DNA from: an uncultured bacterium
GTDB taxonomy: Bacteria > Chlamydiota > Chlamydiia > Chlamydiales > JAJFMA01
Direction of reading: 5' to 3'
NCBI GenBank assembly: GCA_964445105.1
Contig: CAYUJS010000002.1
Location: forward strand, 18,123-82,122
DNA length: 64,000 nt
The position numbers and the translations under genes were made by a program. Positions 9,978-18,422 of this stretch are shown here, in pieces (within the stretch, counting starts at the first letter, position 1; each line of letters opens with the position of its first letter). The notes under the pieces are model-generated. The model was not told where the DNA came from. It did no database searches and saw only the letters and a list, made by a program, of their open reading frames with translations.

Positions 9978-10094
9978 ATTAATACCTCCGCACGGGCGCA
10001 GGAAATCAGTAAAATTTTTTGATCAAACTGGAAGAGCTCTTAAAATGCTCTTGCGTAAAGTGCTTTAGCGCACTGACAGGAGACTTGAAAGCAA

Positions 10095-10157
10095 GGCATT
10101 ATCAACCGGTCTAAAATGACAGTTTGTGCGCCCCACATCAATGCCTAAAAAGAGTGT
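10095..10157 (-). pseudogene. remnant of the 5' end of a further HyuA-like gene
   Basis: The minus-strand translation TLFLGIDVGRTNCHFRPVDNA compares with LTLGIDVGGTNTDFAIVD of the intact paralogues. It shares a 15-nt exact match (ACATCAATGCCTAAA) with the 5' end of 8225-9778. No start codon and no continuation are present. Confidence 0.45.
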
Positions 10158-10578
10158 CCTCGCAGCTTTTTCTCCAGGACTTCGGATGGCCAGCCAAAGC
10201 TGACCAGCCGACGAAGCCAACTAACGTTCTTTTTTAAACAGATGACGGCAGCAAGAAAAGAGACAAGTGAGGCCCAGGGAGCTAGGTTTAAAGGTGACGT
10301 GCCACCTCTCGCCAACATCTCGCTGAAGCTGCGCTCCTGCAATAGCTGCTTTTCCTAGAAAGAGGATGCCAACATTTTAGCAACCTTTAGCCTGTCCTGG
10401 CGGTTATCCATTTTGATACTTCCCTACGTGAGTTTATATAAGAATCTAGGAGCCTGCCTCTTTGTTTATTGCTGTCAACGCCCAAGCGTGCTTTCGTGAA
10501 CTTTTGAACACTTCCCTTTAAACCCTGCCGCCCCTACAATTTGCATTTTACAGATCGACCTCTCCAGAAGGAACCACC

Positions 10579-11316
10579 ATGCGCCTCTACGTTCTGCTCA
10601 CGCTACTTTGTTCGCTCTGCATTAATGCTGTGAGCGACGAAATCTTTCTTCGCGACAATTTGATGCGGGCAAACCCTGGGGATTTCATCGTCAGCGCACA
10701 AAGCCGCAATTACACTGTCTTGATCGTCATGGATAGAACAAAAGACAGCGTGGTCATTCAGGAAATCACCGTCCCTGAAAAGCGCTTCCCCAAAGGCATG
10801 GTGGACTCTTGGCGCGAATGGGTGATGCGCGGTGCTCCTGGCCATACCTCCTGGGTAGGCTACGAGATAGCTCCCTACTCAGGTGAATTCCGCGAATACT
10901 TTTCCTATTCAAGAAATGCGTGGTGCCAGCTCTGCGAAGGCGAAAACATCCTAGGCACGCTACTTAACCTTCGCATGCAACGGCTAGACGATCGTTATCG
11001 TCGACGCGTAGGAGGGGCACCCCCAAACCGCATTGACAATCGCGCTTTTTGGCAACCTCGCCTCATCTTGGATGGCCAAGAGGTCACCGGTGTAAGCTTT
11101 GACGCTTGGCGCGCACGTTGGCCTAAAGATGGCAGCGACCTATCGGGCAAAACTATCGAAGTCTACCTGCCCTCCAAAGAAAGCGGATATCCCTCTTATT
11201 TCCCCTACTGGCTGCAGGTCAGTGGCTTCATTGGTAAAGCGCGCGTACGCATCGTTGACTCCGGCCATCATTTAAATTCGCCTCAACCCCATTTACCGCG
11301 ACGTCCCGCCGCTTAG
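10579..11316 (+). CDS. hypothetical secreted protein
   Basis: 245 aa with an N-terminal signal-like segment (MRLYVLLTLLCSLCINAVS). Its stop overlaps the AGGAG Shine-Dalgarno of lepB, which suggests co-transcription. I recognise no family. Confidence 0.6.
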   Translation: MRLYVLLTLLCSLCINAVSDEIFLRDNLMRANPGDFIVSAQSRNYTVLIVMDRTKDSVVIQEITVPEKRFPKGMVDSWREWVMRGAPGHTSWVGYEIAPYSGEFREYFSYSRNAWCQLCEGENILGTLLNLRMQRLDDRYRRRVGGAPPNRIDNRAFWQPRLILDGQEVTGVSFDAWRARWPKDGSDLSGKTIEVYLPSKESGYPSYFPYWLQVSGFIGKARVRIVDSGHHLNSPQPHLPRRPAA

Positions 11317-11323
11317 GAGCCCC

Positions 11324-13015
11324 ATGTTATTCTGGAAGAGAACAGGACCCTCCAAAAAATCCACCAAAAGATCACTGGTGCGCTATTTTACCGAAGTCGC
11401 CTTAGCTATCGCCGTCGCACTGAGCATCGCCACCGTAATCAGGCAGATGTGGTTTGAGCCTTACAAGATCCCCAGCGGGTCTATGCGGCCCACCTTCCGC
11501 GAACAGGACCATCTTTTGGTCTCTAAAACCGCTTTTTCACTTAATATACCGTTACAAACAAAACATTTTCTCTTCGAACCTGAGAACGTTAAACGCGGCG
11601 GAGTAGTCGTTTGGACGGGAGACAACGTAGACCTGCCGGACACAGACGCTACCTATTTCTGGCTTTTCCCCGGCAAAAAACGCTACATCAAACGATTGAT
11701 GGGTAAGCCAGGAGACTCGCTCTATTTTTACGGGGGAAAAGTTTATGGGATCGATAAAGAGGGCAACGACATCAGTCCAGAATACCAGGCCTCTTACTTC
11801 CAAGGCCTAGAATACATCCCTTTTCTCAACTTCCGTGGACGCGATGTTATTTCCAAAATGGAAAATACACAGCTCACACAGGTGCATTTTAAGCAGATGA
11901 ACCAGGCTTTAGGCCGCCTCACCTTTTTAGGTCCTCAGCCTCTCAAGGGAGAGGTTTTTAACGGTCAAGATTGGGTTAAAGATGACCCGGCCGCACAAAA
12001 AAAATCACACGACACCATCAAGACCTATAGCGATTTTTTCGGCATCCGCAATTTCGCCATGGCGCGCCTACTCACAAAAGAACAGCTCAAATCCCTGCTC
12101 AATATCGATCCAGCTACCCTCGACGAAGGTTTACTCTACCTAGAGCTTATGCACGCCCCCAGCCTCTCATATCCTAGGCCGACCACCCACAACCAGCTGG
12201 TCGGCACACAGTCTTCCGTGATTTCTCTACAGTGCGAGCACCTCAACGCTCTCATGGATACGCTGTACACAGATCGTTTCATCGTCAAAGACGGGCGAGC
12301 GACCTCCTACCGCGGTGAGGACCAGACTCCCTTAAAGTACCGCCCCCCTTTTAGTGACGTCCCCGACGGCACGTACGAGTTCTACTATGGCAAAGGCTAC
12401 GAAGTAGACTCCACAGGCTGGCTGAGAGTCCTCCCTGCTGATCATCCCCTTTACAGTCATGCACTAGACAATATTCAGAGACTGTTTAACTATGGCATCG
12501 AGCCCCATCTCGCCTTCGAACCCCGCCTAGGAAACGCCCTGTTTCCCAATAGATATGCCTACTTTCGCGAAGGAAGCCTGCATCTAATGGGCGGGCCTGT
12601 ATTCCTCAATGGCGACCCCTTGCTTGCAAACTTTGTCAAAAAAGAGCTCGACAAGCAAGCAAACTCCTCGGATAGCGCCCCTTACATCGCTTTCCATGAT
12701 TTCGGACCGCCTTTGCAAGCAGATGGCTCCATCGACCAGCAGTTCCTACGCACGTTTGGGGTCCAACTGCCCGAAGGCCACTACCTTGTACTTGGGGACA
12801 ACCATGCTGTGAGCCAAGACAGCCGCTATTTTGGCTTTCTCCCCGCTGACAATCTGCAAGGTGAACCACTCTTCATCTTTTGGCCGCCAGGGAACCGCTG
12901 GGGTTTCCCCTCGCAAGCAGAGTACCCCTGGATCACCACGCCCAGCGTGATCGCCTGGTCTATCGCGCTGCTTGCGTGGCTCATCAATACCCTCTACCGC
13001 CGCCGCCAAGCCTAG
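11324..13015 (+). CDS. lepB: signal peptidase I (long chlamydial-type)
   Basis: The catalytic Ser box IPSGSMRPTF, the Lys box YIKRLMGKPGD and the GDNHAVSQDSRYFG box are present. There is a TM segment at each end, and AGGAG lies 5 nt upstream of the ATG. Confidence 0.9.
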   Translation: MLFWKRTGPSKKSTKRSLVRYFTEVALAIAVALSIATVIRQMWFEPYKIPSGSMRPTFREQDHLLVSKTAFSLNIPLQTKHFLFEPENVKRGGVVVWTGDNVDLPDTDATYFWLFPGKKRYIKRLMGKPGDSLYFYGGKVYGIDKEGNDISPEYQASYFQGLEYIPFLNFRGRDVISKMENTQLTQVHFKQMNQALGRLTFLGPQPLKGEVFNGQDWVKDDPAAQKKSHDTIKTYSDFFGIRNFAMARLLTKEQLKSLLNIDPATLDEGLLYLELMHAPSLSYPRPTTHNQLVGTQSSVISLQCEHLNALMDTLYTDRFIVKDGRATSYRGEDQTPLKYRPPFSDVPDGTYEFYYGKGYEVDSTGWLRVLPADHPLYSHALDNIQRLFNYGIEPHLAFEPRLGNALFPNRYAYFREGSLHLMGGPVFLNGDPLLANFVKKELDKQANSSDSAPYIAFHDFGPPLQADGSIDQQFLRTFGVQLPEGHYLVLGDNHAVSQDSRYFGFLPADNLQGEPLFIFWPPGNRWGFPSQAEYPWITTPSVIAWSIALLAWLINTLYRRRQA

Positions 13016-13674
13016 CAGATCAAAGCCGCTACGCGATTGATCGTTAGCTCATCGAAAGAACTCACTACTAGGTCGGCTTGAGAGAGCTCGTGGGGGCTGT
13101 GCGAAGTAGAAATGCCAACCACTTTCATGCCTGCTGACTTGGCCGCACGAATGCCCAGGACGGCATCCTCGAAAACGACGCACCGCTCTGGGGGCATCTC
13201 CAACGCTTCTGCAGCCTTAAAAAAAATTTCTGGATCGGGCTTGCCGCGGCGCACGTCATCCACACAGACAAATGCTCTGATCCAGTCGGCAAACCTATAT
13301 TGCGCCAACGCCAGATTCATCACTTCACGCGTTGAGGAAGTTCCTACAGCAATGGGGATCTGCCCTTCGCTAAGTTTTTCTAACCAAGGAAATACCCAAG
13401 AAAATGGCTTCAATTGACCATCCATAATCTGCAAGCAATAGTGCGCCCGCAGCTCTTGCAAAATCACAGAAATTTCATGATCCTCAAATGGCCAGCCAAG
13501 CACCTCTTTCATAAAAGTGGCAGAAGGCACGCCGTTGGAGCGGTAGAAATTACCCACATCATAGGGCAAATTTCGCGCTTGCGATATATGGCTCCAGCAG
13601 CGCTCCCACAAAGGAATAGAATCCACTAGCACACCATCAAAGTCGAAGATGGCCGCCCAGTTTTTCTTTAGCAT
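13012..13674 (-). CDS. HAD-superfamily hydrolase (beta-phosphoglucomutase-like subfamily)
   Basis: Motif I is AIFDFDGVLVDS, and the later motifs are GTSS and GKPDPEIF ... FEDAVLGIRAAKSAGM. The start lies 3 nt downstream of the ileS stop. Confidence 0.8.
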   Translation of the reverse strand: MLKKNWAAIFDFDGVLVDSIPLWERCWSHISQARNLPYDVGNFYRSNGVPSATFMKEVLGWPFEDHEISVILQELRAHYCLQIMDGQLKPFSWVFPWLEKLSEGQIPIAVGTSSTREVMNLALAQYRFADWIRAFVCVDDVRRGKPDPEIFFKAAEALEMPPERCVVFEDAVLGIRAAKSAGMKVVGISTSHSPHELSQADLVVSSFDELTINRVAALIC

Positions 13675-13676
13675 GG

Positions 13677-16600
13677 CTACTTCTCCACTTTGGCAATGCT
13701 GATTAACGCCTTTTCTCCGTTAAGCTCCCATTGTGTCCCCTGTCCAACTGGACTAAAGGCTACAGAAAGAGCCAATACTTCATTTAGAATGTAGTCGCCA
13801 TGTAAAACAAAGCACTGCTGCACCCGCGCAGAAGTATCCATTGCCAGGTGAATCCGATCCGCCACATCTAGCGACGCATCCCTACGCATCGTGTTTACCT
13901 TATTGACAACCTCGCGCGCCAAACCCTCCATCAACAATTCATCGGTCAAGGTGGTATCTAAAGCAATAGTGATCGTGCCCAGGTTCGCTGCCACTAGGCC
14001 CTCGCGTACGCTACGGTGCAGCTCGATATCTTCGGGCCCTAGTACAATAGACTCTCCCTCTACTTCGATGCTCGTAGACCCTTCCCGATGCAGCTGCAGC
14101 AGCTCAGCTTTGGTAAACTGTCCGACAAGCAGCTGTATAGCTGGCATACGCTTGCCTACTTTTCTGCCAAGCGTGCGAAAGTTCGCTTTTGCCTTTAACT
14201 GCACAAACTGCTGCTCGTCCGAACTAAACTCGATTTTTTTTACATTCAGCTCGTCTGCAATCAGTTGTGCGTGCTCCTGAAGAAGCGCTAATTCCTCCGC
14301 ATCGCCGGTCGCTAAATAGGCGGTAGGGAGGGGCTGACGCACTTTTAACTTCTGTTCCTTGCGCAAAGAATGTCCTAGGCTGACCGTGGTTTGCACCGCA
14401 GCCATCGCCTTTTCTAAAGCCAGGTCGCGCGCTGACTCTTGATAGCTCGGGTAATCACAGAGGTGCACCGATTCTGGCATTCCCTCTGTACGCAAGTTAC
14501 GATAAATTACCTCTGTGATGAACGGCACAAAAGGCGCGGCTAGCTTTGTAAACTGCAACAGCACCTCATACAAAGTCGCAAAGGCTTCCAAACAGGCAGG
14601 TGAGCTGTCACCCTCCCAAAAACGACGACGCGAACGACGAATGTACCAATTGGTCAATTGCTCGACAAAGCCTACCAAGGGCTCTACGGCTGCACTCAGA
14701 TCATAGGCATCCATGCCTAGTTCAACCTCATGAATGAGCTTATGCAATACTGACAGGATCCAACGGTCAATCTCTTCGACCGGCTTCTCATTTACTGGCG
14801 ACGGCTTCCAGTTATAAACACGCGCATAGGTAACAAAAAAAGTATAAGCATTCCATAAGGGGATCAAAATCTGCCGCAAGACTAGCTCCACTCTTCTTTC
14901 GGAAAAACAGAGGTCGTCCGCACGCACTGCCGGGCTGTGTAGCATGTAAAGGCGGATTGCATCCGCCCCATACTTCGCTACCACCTCCATCGGATCGGGA
15001 TAGTTCCGCAAACGTTTTGACATCTTTACACCGGACTCTGTCAAAATTAAACCGTTCACAATCACGTTTTTGAACGCCATGGAGTCAAATAAAACGGTCG
15101 AAAGGATCGTGAGCGTGTAAAACCAACCGCGTGTCTGGTCCAATCCTTCAGCGATGAAATCTGCCGGGTGCCCTCGGTCGAAGGCCTCTTTACTTTCAAA
15201 CGGATAGTGGTTTTGCGCGTAGGGCATTGAACCGGCATCAAACCAACAATCAAATACCTCGGGAACACGCTTGAAGGTCTTACCATTTTTGGTAAAGGTC
15301 AGCTGATCTACAAAATGTCGATGCAAATCGTCGAGTTTGGTGCCGCTCAGTTCTTCTAACTCGCGACGACTCCCCACCACGTGTAATTCGCCGTCAGAAG
15401 AGCGCCAGATAGGGATAGGCGTGCCCCAATAGCGGTTGCGACTAATCGCCCAATCGCGCGCTCCCGCCAGCCAATTACCGAAACGGCCCTCTTTCAGATG
15501 GGCAGGCGTCCAATGAATATCCCGATTGATTTCTACCATCCGTTCCTTAATCTTCTCGACTGCTACAAACCAGGTCTGTACGGCTTTATAAATAAGTGGT
15601 GTTTCCGAGCGCGGACAGAAGGGATAGCGGTGGCGAATCGTTCCCTGATGGAAGAGAAGCCCAGCATCCTTCAAACGCCTCGCGATCTGCTTGTCTGCAT
15701 CCTTAACAAACAGCCCCTGATACTCAGGAATTTCTTCCGTGAATTGGCCATTGCTATCCACTGGACAAACAAGCTCAATCCCCTCTCGCTTGCAGGCATA
15801 AAAATCTACCTCGCCAAAAGCCGGCGCCGCATGCACAATGCCCGTTCCCTCTTGCAAAGTCACCGACTCTTCAGCGATGACCCGAAATGCGCCCTGGCGC
15901 AAAGCAAAGTAGGGCAAGAGAGGCTGATAGCGCCTCCCCACCAGTACACGCCCTGTAAATCGCTCCACTACGGTGTGGTTCTGTTCGTCAGCAAAATAGT
16001 TGGCCGCGCGAGCTGCGCCCAACACATAATTTCGACCATCTATGCGGTTATATATTTTAACATAATCGGCTTCTGGATGTACCATGAGGGCTAAATTTGA
16101 AATCAGTGTCCAAGGGGTCGTCGTCCAAGCCAGCAACACTGTATTTGGATCGTCTGCCAAAGGAAAATTCACAACCAAAGACGGATCGTCGACATCTTTG
16201 TAGTTTTCACCTGCTTCAAAGTTGGAGAGGGGAGTACCCAGCTTAGCCGAGAACGGCATCACCTTAAATCCCTCATAAACTAGACCCTTATCATACACCT
16301 GCTTAAAAGCCCACCATACAGACTCCATGAAGTTTGGATCCATGGTTCGATAGGTTTGCTTAAAATCCACCCAACGGCCCATGCGTTCTACTGTTCCACG
16401 CCACTCTTGCGTATAGCGCAACACAATGCTCCGGCAGGCCTCGTTGAACTTGTCTATCCCGAAGGCCTCAATACTCTTAGCACCAGACAGCTGGTACTGT
16501 TTTTCGATTTCGCTCTCTACCGGTAATCCATGACAGTCCCAGCCAAAGCGCCGAGGCACATAAAAACCTTTCATAGCTTTATAGCGCGGCACCACATCTT

Positions 16601-16793
16601 TAATCGTACCCGCCAACAAGTGCCCATAATGCGGCAAGCCGGTCGCGAAAGGGGGCCCGTCATAAAACGAAAACAACGGCGCTCCAGATCGTTGGCTGAG
16701 AGATTTTTGAAAAATATCTTTCTCTCTCCAGAATTCCAAGACAGCGTCTTCCTGCCTAGAAAGAGAATCATGGCTCGGCTCGTCAAACATCAT
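13677..16793 (-). CDS. ileS: isoleucine--tRNA ligase (type 2, eukaryote-like form)
   Basis: 1038 aa with the HIGH region PPFATGLPHYGHLL, the KMSKS motif VKMSKRL and an editing domain. The length and C-terminus are typical of the type-2 enzyme. Confidence 0.97.
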   Translation of the reverse strand: MMFDEPSHDSLSRQEDAVLEFWREKDIFQKSLSQRSGAPLFSFYDGPPFATGLPHYGHLLAGTIKDVVPRYKAMKGFYVPRRFGWDCHGLPVESEIEKQYQLSGAKSIEAFGIDKFNEACRSIVLRYTQEWRGTVERMGRWVDFKQTYRTMDPNFMESVWWAFKQVYDKGLVYEGFKVMPFSAKLGTPLSNFEAGENYKDVDDPSLVVNFPLADDPNTVLLAWTTTPWTLISNLALMVHPEADYVKIYNRIDGRNYVLGAARAANYFADEQNHTVVERFTGRVLVGRRYQPLLPYFALRQGAFRVIAEESVTLQEGTGIVHAAPAFGEVDFYACKREGIELVCPVDSNGQFTEEIPEYQGLFVKDADKQIARRLKDAGLLFHQGTIRHRYPFCPRSETPLIYKAVQTWFVAVEKIKERMVEINRDIHWTPAHLKEGRFGNWLAGARDWAISRNRYWGTPIPIWRSSDGELHVVGSRRELEELSGTKLDDLHRHFVDQLTFTKNGKTFKRVPEVFDCWFDAGSMPYAQNHYPFESKEAFDRGHPADFIAEGLDQTRGWFYTLTILSTVLFDSMAFKNVIVNGLILTESGVKMSKRLRNYPDPMEVVAKYGADAIRLYMLHSPAVRADDLCFSERRVELVLRQILIPLWNAYTFFVTYARVYNWKPSPVNEKPVEEIDRWILSVLHKLIHEVELGMDAYDLSAAVEPLVGFVEQLTNWYIRRSRRRFWEGDSSPACLEAFATLYEVLLQFTKLAAPFVPFITEVIYRNLRTEGMPESVHLCDYPSYQESARDLALEKAMAAVQTTVSLGHSLRKEQKLKVRQPLPTAYLATGDAEELALLQEHAQLIADELNVKKIEFSSDEQQFVQLKAKANFRTLGRKVGKRMPAIQLLVGQFTKAELLQLHREGSTSIEVEGESIVLGPEDIELHRSVREGLVAANLGTITIALDTTLTDELLMEGLAREVVNKVNTMRRDASLDVADRIHLAMDTSARVQQCFVLHGDYILNEVLALSVAFSPVGQGTQWELNGEKALISIAKVEK

Positions 16794-16865
16794 TAAACCT
16801 AAAGTCGCTAAACATTGTTAAAAAACCCCTCCATTGTAGGCGACACAATACTTTCTAGGCAAACG

Positions 16866-17008
16866 AGAACAAAGAGCAGCGGCTCCCGCTAAAAGTAGAA
16901 ACCGTCTCTGTTTCCGACGAATTCGTAGCCGGATGCTACGGGTGACAAGCAAAATAAGGCTAATGGCCACCCCGGAGCCAGTCGGTTCCCTTTTTTAGAA
17001 CAAAGAGC
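16866..17008 (-). repeat. MITE/REP-like element, copy C (inverted core), bracketed by a 12-bp direct repeat
   Basis: CAGCGGCTCCCGCTAAAAG sits at 16877 and a degenerate opposite end CCCTTTTTTAG near 16988. The reverse complement carries GGCCATTAGCCTTATTTTGCTTGTCACCCGTAG and TACGAATTCG. AGAACAAAGAGC occurs at both 16866-16877 and 16997-17008. Confidence 0.7.
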
Positions 17009-17065
17009 GAACCTCTTGACTAAATGCACTTTGGCAGGAAAAATGCGCAAAAACCCAGGCAGCCC

Positions 17066-17962
17066 ATGCGCGCACTTTCCCTCATAACTCTTGTCATTTT
17101 GTCTGCTATCACTCCTGCACAGGCGGTTCCCACTGCATCCAAAGAAATTGGCAGAGACCACTGCCCTAGAGCAATCGCTAAGATCCTGCTAGATATTCAA
17201 GATCAGCTTTTTTACCAAGCTTGGGTTGCGTCTAAAAAAACCTCATTAGGCGACGATTTTGAGCCTGAAAAATACCTGCTAGGCCAGCTCAGCCAAATCG
17301 ATAACATGGTGGCCTGCGAAAGTATAGGCTTTGCGATCCAGCGCAGCATTTATGAACACCCAGATGCCGACGAACAAACCATTGTCGCCAACACAAGTCT
17401 AGAAGATGCGATCGCCTACCAGCTGATGCGCATTGTTTCCACAGACATTTACGGAGAAACCGCCTTAACCCACGCCGCCGCTTCTCAAGAAGGAAAAGGC
17501 TTTGAAACAACCGGTGAGCTGCTGAGAAAAATCCTCAGCAGCTTCCAGGCCGCGGTAGACCAGCGATTGGGAAAAGCGAAGTTAGTCTACAAGGACGCCC
17601 AGATTCACGATTTAGAAGCCCCAGGCCTGCGCGCAGGCTACGAGAAAATACTGCATAGGCTAAAGCAAATCATCGCCCGCGACGGGATCGTCACCGTCTA
17701 TTTCAATTTCATCAGCCCGGCAGACCCACAAAAACTAGGCACAGTACGCCACAGTATTTTCGCTGAGTTTCAGGCCGCCCATTTCTACCTATTCGACATG
17801 AATGCGCCCAAATGGGTGGTCACCTGGGGCAATGGAGACGGAAGCTACCCAGATGCTGAATCATTGCTAAGAAACGCCCTAGACTATATAGGTGCGGCCT
17901 ACCTACAGCCTAACGTCGGTAATAGGCAGACCGCGTTGCAGCTGGCCATATATTCGAATTAG
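17066..17962 (+). CDS. hypothetical secreted protein (possible papain/YopT-like Cys-His-Asp fold)
   Basis: The start is taken at ATG 17066, which gives the signal peptide MRALSLITLVILSAITPAQA|VP. The candidate triad is VACESIGF ... VRHSIFAEF ... FYLFDMNAPKW. The functional call is speculative. Confidence 0.6.
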   Translation: MRALSLITLVILSAITPAQAVPTASKEIGRDHCPRAIAKILLDIQDQLFYQAWVASKKTSLGDDFEPEKYLLGQLSQIDNMVACESIGFAIQRSIYEHPDADEQTIVANTSLEDAIAYQLMRIVSTDIYGETALTHAAASQEGKGFETTGELLRKILSSFQAAVDQRLGKAKLVYKDAQIHDLEAPGLRAGYEKILHRLKQIIARDGIVTVYFNFISPADPQKLGTVRHSIFAEFQAAHFYLFDMNAPKWVVTWGNGDGSYPDAESLLRNALDYIGAAYLQPNVGNRQTALQLAIYSN

Positions 17963-17967
17963 GAGGC

Positions 17968-18351
17968 TTAATGCCTCGCCCCGCCTTTGCGCAACTCACG
18001 ATAGCCTTCCCAATAGTAGCAGTGTTTTTTGGCCCAGTTGCGATACACCTTACGTAAGCACGGGCTAGGACTGCAACACGCACAGTGCAGACAGTGGCTA
18101 GTCCCGCAGTGTGCGCACTCGTGGTAGGAATAGGCGCACTTGTGGCAGTAGTTCTCGTTACACTGCTGCTGAAAACAGGTTTGACCGGTGCAAACGCAAT
18201 CGTTACAATAAAAAACACTACAGAGCAGACGCACCGGTCCTACGGGCACAGCTTCAACGCATGTCTCTGCACCAGCCACCGAGGTTGAGCTCAGACAAAC
18301 CGTTGCTAGAAAAGCGGCTAAAACGATAATGTATTTAGTCAGCGACACCAC
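17968..18351 (-). CDS. small Cys/His-rich secreted protein
   Basis: 127 aa with the signal-like N-terminus MVSLTKYIIVLAAFLATVCLSSTSVAGA. About 17 Cys and many His follow in roughly 100 residues (CNDCVCTGQTCFQQQCNENYCHKCAYSYHECAHCGTSHCLHCACC). Confidence 0.6.
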   Translation of the reverse strand: MVSLTKYIIVLAAFLATVCLSSTSVAGAETCVEAVPVGPVRLLCSVFYCNDCVCTGQTCFQQQCNENYCHKCAYSYHECAHCGTSHCLHCACCSPSPCLRKVYRNWAKKHCYYWEGYRELRKGGARH

Positions 18352-18422
18352 TCAAATCCATGTTATAAATTTCTATGTAGCCAAACCTCGCCACTAGGTC
18401 AATATAAAAAAAGAACAAAAGG

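Noticed and set aside
10145-10342. 65-aa minus-strand ORF upstream of the HyuA-like remnant, and the 90-aa ORF 16889-17161 overlapping repeat copy C.
   Set aside because: Both run through repeat or remnant sequence. They have no ribosome-binding context or recognisable features and are more likely non-coding.
13891-16796. ORFs antisense to or out of frame within ileS (13891-14280, 15498-16094 at 198 aa, 16530-16796, 16571-16786).
   Set aside because: They are embedded in the 1038-aa IleS frame, which carries HIGH and KMSKS motifs. They show no independent signals.
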